Of a stretch of DNA of 32,000 nt, positions 1-8,515 are shown piece by piece (the stretch's first letter is position 1; each line of letters begins with the position of its first letter). The position numbers and the translations under genes are program-made. The notes under the pieces are model-generated. The model made no database searches. It saw only the letters and a program-made list of their open reading frames with translations, and was not told the DNA's origin. This stretch comes from Candidatus Hadarchaeales archaeon (GTDB lineage: Archaea > Hadarchaeota > Hadarchaeia > Hadarchaeales > Hadarchaeaceae). Location of the stretch: the NCBI GenBank assembly GCA_038823825.1, contig JAWBCC010000004.1, positions 30,001 through 62,000 on the forward strand, read 5' to 3'.

Positions 1-290
1 TCGTCCGTAACAAGCGTTGCCTCAAGGTCTAACGCCAGAGCTAGCAGCTTTGCATCGGTTTCGGATATTACGTTGCACGTTCTGACACAAATTTCTTTGA
101 CCTTCTCTAGCGAACTCTCGGAAGGGGAAAGAATCTTTACGGTTCCAGAAAGAAGCCCAGCTTCCAACCTAGACTTCGTTAACAGACCCTTCGCCTCATT
201 CAAAACTTCATCAATCGTGAAAAACTCTCCCCTTCCGGTTAAAACTAAACCGCCCACCAGCGCAGAGGTGTCAAGTACATACCTTTTCAC
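1..290 (-). CDS. PIN-domain endonuclease, Nob1-like (N-terminal part only; continues beyond window start)
   Basis: Absent from the ORF track because it is open at the window edge. The reverse complement of 1-290 reads without stops: VKRYVLDTSALVGGLVLTGRGEFFTIDEVLNEAKGLLTKSRLEAGLLSGTVKILSPSESSLEKVKEICVRTCNVISETDAKLLALALDLEATLVTDD. It shows the acidic PIN signature (VLDTSA, SETD..LLALA, LVTDD) as in archaeal Nob1. The GTG start (290-288) overlaps the NAD kinase TGA stop (289-287) as GTGA. Confidence 0.6.
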   Translation of the reverse strand, partial: MKRYVLDTSALVGGLVLTGRGEFFTIDEVLNEAKGLLTKSRLEAGLLSGTVKILSPSESSLEKVKEICVRTCNVISETDAKLLALALDLEATLVTD

Positions 291-1081
291 AGAATCTTTT
301 CCAGACTCCGGCAAAATTCTCCCCATTTGAAAAACTTTGCCCCACTCTCAGATGCAGATATTTTTACCACACTTCCGTGGGGTAGCCTTGCTCTCTCCAG
401 CCCGTCTACTATCAAAAGCCCCTCCTGCCCGGGCAAACAAACTTCGACATCAACTCTGCTTTTAGCTGGGAGCACTATGGGCGGGATAGGCTTGCTGGAT
501 GGGCAAATTGCTGTGACCACAATGCATTCCACGCCCGGGAATATTATCGGACCTCCCGCAGCTCTGGTGTACGCGGTACTTCCTGTGGGAGTTGAGACGA
601 TGACACCATCTCCACGGAAACTGAATATCTTTTTACCATCGACAGAGACCTTCAGCGTGACAGTTTTGCCCGGAACTGCGGAAAATATCACGACATCGTT
701 CAATGCCTCGGGAATTTTCTCACCGAATTCAACCTTCAGCCTGGTTCTCTCCACAACTTCAAGCTTTTTCTCCAGCAATAGCTCAACGGCGCGCTCAGCC
801 TCGTCTTTTTTCACTTCCGCCAAGAATCCCCGATCGCCCATGTTGATGGCAAGGATGTGCGCGTCTTGAGCCAGGGCATGCGCCCTTAGAACCGTCCCGT
901 CACCTCCGAGCGTTATCACAACTTCCGCCTCTGAGATATCCGAAGCTTTCTCACCCAGAGCTCGTGCAGTTCTTTCGTCAAATAACAGCTCATGCAGCGC
1001 TGGGATTTTCTCTTTCAATTTTTTCGCCAATCTGACAGCTTCCTCTATTAGCGGATTTATCACGATTCCGATTTTCATCAA
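287..1081 (-). CDS. nadK: NAD kinase
   Basis: 264 aa with NAD kinase motifs GGDGT (ITLGGDGTVLRA), NxGxxGFL (INMGDRGFLAE) and GDGVIVSTPTGSTAY. Confidence 0.9.
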   Translation of the reverse strand: MMKIGIVINPLIEEAVRLAKKLKEKIPALHELLFDERTARALGEKASDISEAEVVITLGGDGTVLRAHALAQDAHILAINMGDRGFLAEVKKDEAERAVELLLEKKLEVVERTRLKVEFGEKIPEALNDVVIFSAVPGKTVTLKVSVDGKKIFSFRGDGVIVSTPTGSTAYTRAAGGPIIFPGVECIVVTAICPSSKPIPPIVLPAKSRVDVEVCLPGQEGLLIVDGLERARLPHGSVVKISASESGAKFFKWGEFCRSLEKIL

Positions 1082-1161
1082 GCCGTAATATGCTTAGAAG
1101 AATATTAAACTCTCGGAACTTCAGCAAACTTTTAAAGACACAAAAAAGGAAAGAAAAAGAG

Positions 1162-1563
1162 GTGAACAAAGTGGGAGTCGAAATCACGGAAGTCGGAAAA
1201 CTGAAGGAAGGAAGGTTTGTCGTGATAGACAACGAGCCCTGCAGAATAGTTGGTTTTACAACCTCTGCCCCGGGAAAGCACGGACACGCGAAAGCAAAGA
1301 TCGACGCGATAGGTATCTTTGACGGTCAAAAACACACGATCGTGAAGCCAACGAGCGCCAAAATCGAGGTCCCAATAATCGAGCGTGGAACCGCGCAGGT
1401 TCTTGCAGTTGTTGGAAATAATGCCCAGTTGATGGACCTCACGACATACGAAACTTTTGAGCTACCGATTCCCATGAACCTACGCGGAGAAATCAGAGAA
1501 GGGGTGGAAATAGAGTACATTCAAGCTCTCGGGAGAAGAAAAATTGAAAGAATAAAAACTTGA
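1162..1563 (+). CDS. eif5A: Translation initiation factor 5A (aIF5A)
   Basis: ORF 1090-1563 carries the hypusine-site motif SAPGKHGHAKAKI. Start moved to GTG 1162 (VNKVGVEITEVGKLKEGRFVVIDNEPC...), giving the usual ~133 aa. An A/T box (cttttaaag, 1127-1135) lies ~27 nt upstream. ATG 1090 would add a basic 24-aa extension not typical of aIF5A (from memory). GTG 1171 is also possible. Confidence 0.9.
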   Translation: MNKVGVEITEVGKLKEGRFVVIDNEPCRIVGFTTSAPGKHGHAKAKIDAIGIFDGQKHTIVKPTSAKIEVPIIERGTAQVLAVVGNNAQLMDLTTYETFELPIPMNLRGEIREGVEIEYIQALGRRKIERIKT

Positions 1564-1577
1564 AAAATTCTTGAGTT

Positions 1578-1769
1578 CTACAGATCGCAGGCTCTCAATG
1601 TCTTTCTGTTGTTTTCTGAAGCTCTCTTAGCAGCTTTCTTAACAGCATCTTCAATCATGCTGTCCAATCCCTTAAAGAAGTCCTCGCTCGCTCTGACTCG
1701 CAGTTTCTTTAGAAGCTCTCTAACAGCAGATTTCACAACATATGCCACAACATCACCTCTGATTTTCAC
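1578..1769 (-). CDS. Small histone-fold-like protein (DUF1931-like), putative DNA/protein binding
   Basis: 63 aa. The C-terminal ...AVKKAAKRASENNRKTLRACDL resembles the histone-fold signature (A..A.HAGRKTV...D). The overall pattern resembles single histone-fold DUF1931 proteins. Assigned from memory only. Confidence 0.45.
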   Translation of the reverse strand: MKIRGDVVAYVVKSAVRELLKKLRVRASEDFFKGLDSMIEDAVKKAAKRASENNRKTLRACDL

Positions 1770-1784
1770 TAGATTTCGGGTTAT

Positions 1785-2651
1785 TTAAAGATGCCGTGTT
1801 TTGAGCCAGGAAATGAATTTTTCCTCCTCTTCGGCGGGCATTGAATAGCTGTGCTCCATCGTTGGAAACTTCTTTTCTTTGGTCTCCTGTCTAAATTCTC
1901 TCAGCGCTCTTGAAATCTCCTTTCCAACTTCTGCATATTTTTTAACAAATTTCGGGACCTTTTCCGTTACCCCAATCAAATCGTGGAGAACGAGCACCTG
2001 ACCATCACAATAAGGACCAGCTCCACAACCAATCGTCGGTATACGTAATCTCTCCGTTATAGCCTTCGCCACCTGCCAAGGAACACATTCAAGAACCAGA
2101 CAGAAAACTCCTACCTTTTCGAGGAGTAGCGCATCTTCCACAAGCTTTTTTGCGGCCTCAAGACTTTTTCCCGCAACCCTATAACCGCCGATCTCCAAAA
2201 CCCATTGAGGCGTTAGCCCGATATGTCCCATAACGGGAATACCGGCTTCAACTATCGCACGAATTCTCTCAACCATCGCCCCGCTTCCCTCTACCTTGAC
2301 GGCGTGCGCGCCCGCCTCCTTGACAAATCTTCCAGCATTTTTAACAGCTTCCTCGCTGCAGGTTTGATATGACATGAAAGGCATGTCTCCAACAACCATT
2401 GCGCGATTTGCTCCCCGCGCAACTCCCCTCGTGTGATGGAGCATTTCATCCATTGTCACACCGAGTGTGTTCGGTAAGCCGAGAATAGGCCCAGCCAAAG
2501 AGTCCCCAACCAAGATCACGTCCACGCCACACTCATCGGCGATCTTCGCAGTGATGTAATCGTAAGTGGAGATCATAACTATGGGCTCGCCGCGTTCCTT
2601 CATGTCCAGCAGAGTTTCCGGTATCACTCTTTCCGTTTTCATTCCGGTCAT
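1785..2651 (-). CDS. panB: 3-methyl-2-oxobutanoate hydroxymethyltransferase (ketopantoate hydroxymethyltransferase)
   Basis: 288 aa with PanB signatures ILVGDSLAGPILGLPNTLGVTMDEMLHHT, AHAVKVEGS and MGHIGLTPQ. Confidence 0.92.
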   Translation of the reverse strand: MTGMKTERVIPETLLDMKERGEPIVMISTYDYITAKIADECGVDVILVGDSLAGPILGLPNTLGVTMDEMLHHTRGVARGANRAMVVGDMPFMSYQTCSEEAVKNAGRFVKEAGAHAVKVEGSGAMVERIRAIVEAGIPVMGHIGLTPQWVLEIGGYRVAGKSLEAAKKLVEDALLLEKVGVFCLVLECVPWQVAKAITERLRIPTIGCGAGPYCDGQVLVLHDLIGVTEKVPKFVKKYAEVGKEISRALREFRQETKEKKFPTMEHSYSMPAEEEEKFISWLKTRHL

Positions 2652-2709
2652 TATCCTCTTCCCGGCACTTACCTTTTAATTTTCTGCTATCTTAAACATA
2701 CTTGGTAGA

Positions 2710-3408
2710 ATGGAAAGTCGAAATCCACTCGGGCTGATTTCTCCTCCAGAGTTACAGGTTGCCTTGGATCTCGATACCGACATGAAAACAATTATGGAGA
2801 TCGCCGGCCTAGTTTACTCGGCTGGAGCCAGAATAATCGAAGCCGGAACTCCAGCCATTAAAAGGCATGGAGCAGACAACCTCATTCCCGCTCTTAGAGT
2901 GGCGGCCCCCGATGCGATAATCGTGGCCGATTTGAAAACAATGGATGCTGGAGACTTGGAGGCGCGCATAGCTTTTAGAGCCGGTGCGGATATCGTCGGT
3001 GTCGCAGCAATAGGAAATGAGGAAAAAATAATCGAGGCAATGGACGAGGCTCTCCGGTGGAACAAAGCAATCCTCGTGGACCTGATTGATTGTCCAGATC
3101 CGCTCGGAACCATTATGAAAATCAAAAATTTTCTCGGACCAAATTCGTCAAGAGCGATTTTCTGTCTACACATCGGGATAAGCCTGCAGAAGAAAGGTTA
3201 CCGCGTAAGTGATCAAATGGAAGTCATCAAAAGAGCGAAAATTCTGGCGGCTCCCTCTTTTTTAGCCGTGGCGGGTGGAATAAAAGAGGAGACGGCGGGC
3301 AGCTTGGCCAGCGCAGGCGCAGATATTTGTATTGTAGGAAGCGCGATTTATAAGTCAAGCGAGCCGGCTGAAGTAACCAGACGGATTTTACGAGAGATAA
3401 AGAAATAA
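2710..3408 (+). CDS. hps: 3-hexulose-6-phosphate synthase-like protein (OMP decarboxylase superfamily)
   Basis: 232 aa. LQVALDL...IIEAGTPAIKRHG...IVADLKTMDAGDLEA...GADIVGV matches the HPS branch pattern (lQvALD, E.GTP, aDlKtmDaG). Confidence 0.7.
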   Translation: MESRNPLGLISPPELQVALDLDTDMKTIMEIAGLVYSAGARIIEAGTPAIKRHGADNLIPALRVAAPDAIIVADLKTMDAGDLEARIAFRAGADIVGVAAIGNEEKIIEAMDEALRWNKAILVDLIDCPDPLGTIMKIKNFLGPNSSRAIFCLHIGISLQKKGYRVSDQMEVIKRAKILAAPSFLAVAGGIKEETAGSLASAGADICIVGSAIYKSSEPAEVTRRILREIKK

Positions 3409-3409
3409 C

Positions 3410-4456
3410 TCAACCAATTATTTTTTCCCATCTGACGTTTTCCTCAAAGAGTTCCTGGGCAAGTCCTTGTCTAATCTTATCGTCCGGTCTTATTTTTCCA
3501 ACAATCTTGTGGATTCTCTGCAGTGTTGTGTATGTATCGTGGGGTACGAGAATTATCGGGACTTTTTGCTCATCTGCACGGGGAAGAACTTTGACGCTAG
3601 GTCTGAGATTTCCCGTTACAATTATGGCGGAGGTGTCTGTCTCAAGCGCTGCTGAGATGATATCCGTTCTGTCTCCACCAACTATAACAAGCTTGTCCTT
3701 AACTCTCTGGAAGTATCTGAGCGCGCTATCCATTGTCATTGCTCCGATCAAAAAGCTTCTGACTAGCCTATTCATGCCCTCACGTCCAGCCAAAATCTCG
3801 CCGCCTATTTCTTCATAAATTTCCATAACTCTGGTTGCTCCGAGAGTATCATTTTCTGGAACCGAGCCCAACACTTCCAATCCATTCTTTTCTAAGATTG
3901 AACGAGCGTTTTTCTCCACGCTGGTGTTTTCCACCGGAACCTTATTTAAAACCACACCAATAATGTCTACGCCCTGCACTCTGCAATAATCTGCAAAAAG
4001 CAAAACATCGTCCAGGAATGAAGAGCTCGTCAAGCTGGTTACAAATAGTATCTTGGCCCCGATGTCCTTAGCGATTCTAGTCACTGAACATTCAATTGAG
4101 AAACCGCCAGAGAAGAAATCCGGACCGTCTATAAAAAGGATATCTTTCCCCCTAGAAATAAACCTGTAAGCCTCGATTATTTTCTTGTATACTTCTGGAG
4201 ACAATCTGTCAATTTTTCCAACCAACCCAAATTTATCGAGCGTAACCGGAGAAATTGACTCCATTTCCTCCTCCAAATCCAAAATCTCTTTCATGTTACG
4301 TACATCATCATCAATAGAGTCTTCAGATATAGCATAGCCAATGGGTTTGAAGTAGCCGATCTTTTTCCCCATATTTTTAGCCTTTAAAGCCATTGTCATT
4401 ATAAAAGTGGTCTTGCCGCTGTACTCGGTTGGAGAAACCACATAGAGTACCCGCAC
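3410..4456 (-). CDS. P-loop (BioD/CobQ-like) + DRTGG-domain protein, like the N-terminal regulatory half of class II phosphotransacetylase
   Basis: 348 aa. N-terminal P-loop SPTEYSGKTT, C-terminal DRTGG-type segment VIVGGDRTDIISAALE...AIIVTG, and no PTA catalytic domain. It starts 3 nt after the ACD stop, so it is in the same operon. Confidence 0.7.
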   Translation of the reverse strand: MRVLYVVSPTEYSGKTTFIMTMALKAKNMGKKIGYFKPIGYAISEDSIDDDVRNMKEILDLEEEMESISPVTLDKFGLVGKIDRLSPEVYKKIIEAYRFISRGKDILFIDGPDFFSGGFSIECSVTRIAKDIGAKILFVTSLTSSSFLDDVLLFADYCRVQGVDIIGVVLNKVPVENTSVEKNARSILEKNGLEVLGSVPENDTLGATRVMEIYEEIGGEILAGREGMNRLVRSFLIGAMTMDSALRYFQRVKDKLVIVGGDRTDIISAALETDTSAIIVTGNLRPSVKVLPRADEQKVPIILVPHDTYTTLQRIHKIVGKIRPDDKIRQGLAQELFEENVRWEKIIG

Positions 4457-4458
4457 GC

Positions 4459-6582
4459 TTATTCCCTCCTTATCTTTCCAACCGTGACTCTTATATCTGC
4501 TGCTATGCAGCCTCTCCCTTCTTCATAAACGAAGAGTGGATTCGCCTCTATTTCTTCTATTTCTTCCACAGACGTTACAAGCTCCGATATCCGAAGAATT
4601 ATTTTGACTATCGAGTCTATATCAGACGGTTTTTCTCCACGTATGCCTTTCAAAAGTGTAAAAGCTTTGGTTTCTTTGATGAGTTCTCTTGCCTCCTCTT
4701 CTGTCAGAGGACAAAGCCTGTATGAGACATCACGCAAAAAGTCAACATATATTCCTCCTAATCCGAACATAACGACTGGACCAAACTGAAAATCTCTAAT
4801 CGAACCAACAATAACCTCTTTCGCTGGAGGAAGCATTTTGCAGATTTGAACTCCCAATATCTTTCCTCCCGGAATGGCTGTGCGAGCTCTTCCGATTATT
4901 TCTTCATAATACTTTCTGACTTCTTCTGCAGATCGAACATTCAAAACAACACCTCCTATATCAGTTTTATGAACAACTTCCGGAGATACGATTTTCATGA
5001 CAACTGGATATCCTATTTCTTCGGCTGCCATTACTGCTTCTTCCGGACTCCTAACCAGTCTCATGGCCGGCGTTGGTATCCCACATGCTTCCGCCAGCTT
5101 GAAGCTCTCATCCACGGTAAGATTTGCTCTTCCTTCTTCTCTGGCTTTCTTCACTATTTCTCTGACAACTTCCAAGCTTAACCCAAGCGGAGTAGGCTCT
5201 GGCGGAGGTGATCGGCTTGAATACTCATACATCTTCGCTAAAACTAGAATCGCAGATTCCGGAAATGCGAAGTTAGCCAATCCACTATCCTCTAAAATTT
5301 GAACTGTCTCCTTTCCGACACCCATGAAAATTGGAATTATGGGTTTGTCGGGAAAGATTTTTCTAACGTTTGCGATTTCCTTAGCAATTTTTTCCACCGG
5401 TGTCATCGCTTGGGGTGTGACAATTACTAAAACTGCGTCCACCCTTGCACTGGAAAGACATAACTCCAGAACTCTCCGATACCGATTTTCATCAGCGTCT
5501 CCCAAAACATCGATCGGGTTGTGGATAATGGCATGTGGCGGTAACGATTTCTCTAGTTTCTCCTTGATGTCTTCCTCCAAGAGCGGTAACTCTAGTCCAA
5601 GGCGTTCGCACGCGTCCGCAGCCAGGACTCCTGGTCCACCACCGTTCGTCAGCACTAGTACTCTTTTGCCCTTGGGTAGAGGTTGTGTTCCAAAACCGAC
5701 AACGATATCAAAAAACTGCTGTAAGGTCTCGGCCCGTATTATACCGGTCTTCTTGCAAACTGCAGAGAAAACCGCGTCAGAACCGGCAAGAGAACCCGTA
5801 TGTGACAGAGCAGCCCTTACTCCGGCTTCCGTGACTCCCGATTTTAAAACCACTATCGGCTTCAAGCGCGAAACCTTGCGACAAACCTCGACAAATCTCC
5901 TACCTTCCTTAACCCCCTCTATATAAAGTCCAATCACTTTTGTTTGTTTATCTTCGGAAACTGCCTCTATGAAATCTGCAAACGTTAAATCTGCCTCATT
6001 GCCCACGCTTATGAAGCTTGCTATTCCAATTTTCATCTGAAGCGCCCAATTAAGGATTGCGCTACCCAGAGCCCCGCTCTGCGATATTAAAGTAATATTT
6101 CCAGCTTTGGGGAATCCCGAGCTAAAAGAAGCATTCACTCTCGTTGTAGTGTTTATTAGTCCAAGACAGTTTGGCCCTAACAGACGTACTCCATAATTCC
6201 TACACGTTTCAACGAGTTCTTTTTCGAGTTTCAATCCTTGAGGTCCGATTTCACTGAATCCGGCTGATACCACCACTATTCCTTTTACCCCCTTGCGTCC
6301 ACAATCTCTGGCAACATCTGGAACCAGTGGGGCTGGAACCGAGATTATAGCTAGATCGACCTTTCCCGGCACGTCCAGAATGTTTCCATAAGTCTTGACT
6401 CCTAGGACATCCGTAGCTTTGGGATTAATCGCATAAAGCTTACCCCCAAAACCAGCCTCTATCATGTTTTTTAGGATTTTGTGACCGACCTTATTGGGAT
6501 CCCTGCTTGCACCAATCACCGCCACGGAGCTTGGAGCAAGGAAAGCCGAAAGGTCTATTTCAATCACCTCATCATTATGCAT
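4459..6582 (-). CDS. acd: ADP-forming acetyl-CoA synthetase (acetate--CoA ligase, fused alpha-beta, NDP-forming acyl-CoA synthetase family)
   Basis: ORF 4459-6876 trimmed to ATG 6582 (MHNDEVIEIDLSAFLAPSSVAVIGAS...), 707 aa. Motifs: CoA-binding VAVIGASRDPNKVG, LLGPNCLG, ISQSGALG, phosphohistidine loop AALSHTGSLAGSD, and an ATP-grasp half with YPVVMKIVSPEVVHKTDIGGV. The 98 upstream codons are antisense to the divergent gene and resemble no family. Confidence 0.9.
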   Translation of the reverse strand: MHNDEVIEIDLSAFLAPSSVAVIGASRDPNKVGHKILKNMIEAGFGGKLYAINPKATDVLGVKTYGNILDVPGKVDLAIISVPAPLVPDVARDCGRKGVKGIVVVSAGFSEIGPQGLKLEKELVETCRNYGVRLLGPNCLGLINTTTRVNASFSSGFPKAGNITLISQSGALGSAILNWALQMKIGIASFISVGNEADLTFADFIEAVSEDKQTKVIGLYIEGVKEGRRFVEVCRKVSRLKPIVVLKSGVTEAGVRAALSHTGSLAGSDAVFSAVCKKTGIIRAETLQQFFDIVVGFGTQPLPKGKRVLVLTNGGGPGVLAADACERLGLELPLLEEDIKEKLEKSLPPHAIIHNPIDVLGDADENRYRRVLELCLSSARVDAVLVIVTPQAMTPVEKIAKEIANVRKIFPDKPIIPIFMGVGKETVQILEDSGLANFAFPESAILVLAKMYEYSSRSPPPEPTPLGLSLEVVREIVKKAREEGRANLTVDESFKLAEACGIPTPAMRLVRSPEEAVMAAEEIGYPVVMKIVSPEVVHKTDIGGVVLNVRSAEEVRKYYEEIIGRARTAIPGGKILGVQICKMLPPAKEVIVGSIRDFQFGPVVMFGLGGIYVDFLRDVSYRLCPLTEEEARELIKETKAFTLLKGIRGEKPSDIDSIVKIILRISELVTSVEEIEEIEANPLFVYEEGRGCIAADIRVTVGKIRRE

Positions 6583-6633
6583 TACATCTAACCTAAATAA
6601 CTCGACTGAAATTATATCATGATGGATGACCCC
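6583..6633. promoter_or_regulatory. Very short divergent promoter region between ACD and the CoA-transferase/GNAT gene
   Basis: Two A/T boxes: ctaaataa (6593-6600), ~24 nt upstream of ATG 6619/6622 on plus; and attatat (6611-6617), ~30 nt upstream of ATG 6582 on minus. The spacing suggests leaderless or near-leaderless mRNAs. Confidence 0.35.
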
Positions 6634-6757
6634 ATGAAAACGGGACCCGTTAAAGATATACGAAAGTAGAAAAAGGAAACTTGAAGAAGCCCTGAGTCTC
6701 ATAAAGACCGGAGACCACATTTTCGTTGGCTCTGCCTGCGGAGAACCCCAATATCTT

Positions 6758-8515
6758 GTGAGAGGACTGGTAGAAAAAGCAAGCCATCTTTCAGACAACG
6801 AGATTCTGCATTTATACACGCTAGGTGTGGCTCCGTATGCAGAGTCAAAATATTCCGACAGATTTAGATTAAACACATTCTTTGTTGGCGCGACGACTAG
6901 GGAAGCCGTGGCAGATGGTAGGGCTGACTACACTCCGGTGTTTCTTTCCGAACTTCCAAAAATGATTTCTAAGGGAATGGTCCCCATTGATGTTGCCCTT
7001 ATTCAAGTCACCCCACCTGATGACCACGGTTTCTGCAGTCTCGGCGTCTCGGTGGAAATCACAAAAACTGCGGCTAAAATTGCTAAACTTGTCATAGCAC
7101 AGGTTAACAGATATATGCCTAGAACGATGGGTGACAGCTTTTTACATGTCAGCGAAATCGATGTTTTCGTTAAGCATGACGAGCCAATTCTTGAAGTCCC
7201 ACCCCCCGAGCGCGATATTGTTTCAGACAGGATCGCCAGGTATGTTGCAGAGCTCGTGGAGGATGGATCCACGCTGCAGATAGGCATCGGAACAATACCT
7301 GACGCTGTTCTGGGGGCGCTTACGGATAAAAAGGACTTGGGAGTCCACACCGAACTTCTAACGGAGGGGATAGTTGACTTAGTTGAAGAAGGTGTGATAA
7401 CATGCGCTAAGAAAACTCTTCATAGAGGAAAAATTGTCGCATCCTTCGCAATGGGTACACGCAGACTCTACGATTTCATTGACAATAATCCAATGATCGA
7501 ATTCTACGAGGCTGATTACGTAAATGATCCGTTCATTATAAGTCAAAATGAGAAAATGGTGGCAATAAATCAGGCGCTTGAGATAGACTTGACAGGACAA
7601 GTTTGCGCCGACTCAATAGGATACCGATTTTACAGCGGGTTGGGGGGCCAAGCGGATTTCGTCAGAGGCGCGATACGTTCAAAAGGAGGCAAGGCGATAA
7701 CCGTTATCCCTTCTACAGCGAAAGAAGGAGAGATTTCCAGAATAAAATCCGTGCTCAGCGAAGGAGCCGGAGTGGTTTTAACGAGGGGGGATGTTGACTA
7801 CGTCGTGACGGAGTATGGTGTGGCTTGGCTGCGAGGGAAAAACATAAGAGAAAGAGCGCTCTCACTCATATCCATCGCTCATCCCCGATTCAGAAACGAA
7901 CTATTGGGCTGGGCTAAAGAAAAACGACTAGTTCCCCCAGATGTTTTGCCCTTCCCAGAAATTGAGTACCCAGAAGAGTTGAAAAAATGGGTAACCCTTA
8001 AGGAAGGAACCCGAATTCTGTCAAGGCCCATCAAACCCTCGGACGCTACTCTTAAGCAGCATCTCTTTTATGCTCTCTCGAAAGAAAGCGTGACCAAAAG
8101 ATTTTTGGGTTCCCTTAGAACGATGCCACTGAAGAGAATATGGCCATTTGTGTTAATCGATTACAACAATGAAATGAGTATAGTAGCCGTCAAAGAAAAT
8201 GAAACAGAAGACTTGATTGGGATAGGAAGCTATGTGAAGATCCCTCACACAGACTCAGCCGAGGTTTCTTTCTTGGTCAGAGACGATTGGCAGGGGCGTG
8301 GTGTGGGCAGTGCGCTTCTTCAACATCTGATCGATATCGCAAGAGCTAAGGGAATATCAACGTTTACAGCTTGGGTTTCTACAGACAATTATAGAATGAT
8401 GCACATCTTTCGGAAATGTGGATATCCCATGAAATATCGAATAGAGGGAAACCTCTACTATGTGGTCATCGACTTGACACAAAAGCTTGAAGAAAATACT
8501 AACCGAACTCTTTGA
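6758..8515 (+). CDS. Acetyl-CoA hydrolase/transferase (4-hydroxybutyrate CoA-transferase-like) fused to a C-terminal Pat-type GNAT acetyltransferase; N-terminus apparently interrupted
   Basis: Minimal ORF from GTG 6758 (585 aa). Transferase part: [10 protein letters not shown] (catalytic Glu region) and SGLGGQADF (GxGGxxD). The C-terminal ~170 aa form a GNAT like that of protein acetyltransferase Pat ([44 protein letters not shown]). Family-like sequence continues upstream in the same frame to the TGA at 6635-6637, and in-frame-1 ATGs lie at 6619/6622/6634 (see finding). Confidence 0.8.
   Translation: MRGLVEKASHLSDNEILHLYTLGVAPYAESKYSDRFRLNTFFVGATTREAVADGRADYTPVFLSELPKMISKGMVPIDVALIQVTPPDDHGFCSLGVSVEITKTAAKIAKLVIAQVNRYMPRTMGDSFLHVSEIDVFVKHDEPILEVPPPERDIVSDRIARYVAELVEDGSTLQIGIGTIPDAVLGALTDKKDLGVHTELLTEGIVDLVEEGVITCAKKTLHRGKIVASFAMGTRRLYDFIDNNPMIEFYEADYVNDPFIISQNEKMVAINQALEIDLTGQVCADSIGYRFYSGLGGQADFVRGAIRSKGGKAITVIPSTAKEGEISRIKSVLSEGAGVVLTRGDVDYVVTEYGVAWLRGKNIRERALSLISIAHPRFRNELLGWAKEKRLVPPDVLPFPEIEYPEELKKWVTLKEGTRILSRPIKPSDATLKQHLFYALSKESVTKRFLGSLRTMPLKRIWPFVLIDYNNEMSIVAVKENETEDLIGIGSYVKIPHTDSAEVSFLVRDDWQGRGVGSALLQHLIDIARAKGISTFTAWVSTDNYRMMHIFRKCGYPMKYRIEGNLYYVVIDLTQKLEENTNRTL

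Noticed and set aside
327-869. 180-aa plus-strand ORF
   Set aside because: It is antisense to NAD kinase, which has unambiguous motifs. Its S/T/P-rich composition is typical of a shadow ORF.
1090-1161. ATG 1090 as the aIF5A start
   Set aside because: It would add a basic 24-aa leader not seen in aIF5A and would leave only 8 bp to the divergent nadK start. GTG 1162 gives the normal length and leaves room for a promoter.
5324-5926. 200-aa plus-strand ORF, and other plus-strand ORFs within 4429-5926
   Set aside because: They are antisense to the ACD gene, show no family resemblance, and have shadow-ORF composition.
6583-6876. 98-codon N-terminal extension of the ACD ORF (track ORF 4459-6876)
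   Set aside because: The family-like sequence begins at ATG 6582 (MHNDEVIEIDLSAFLAPSSVAVIGAS). The extension is antisense to the clearly homologous N-terminus of the divergent CoA-transferase gene and has no ACD resemblance.
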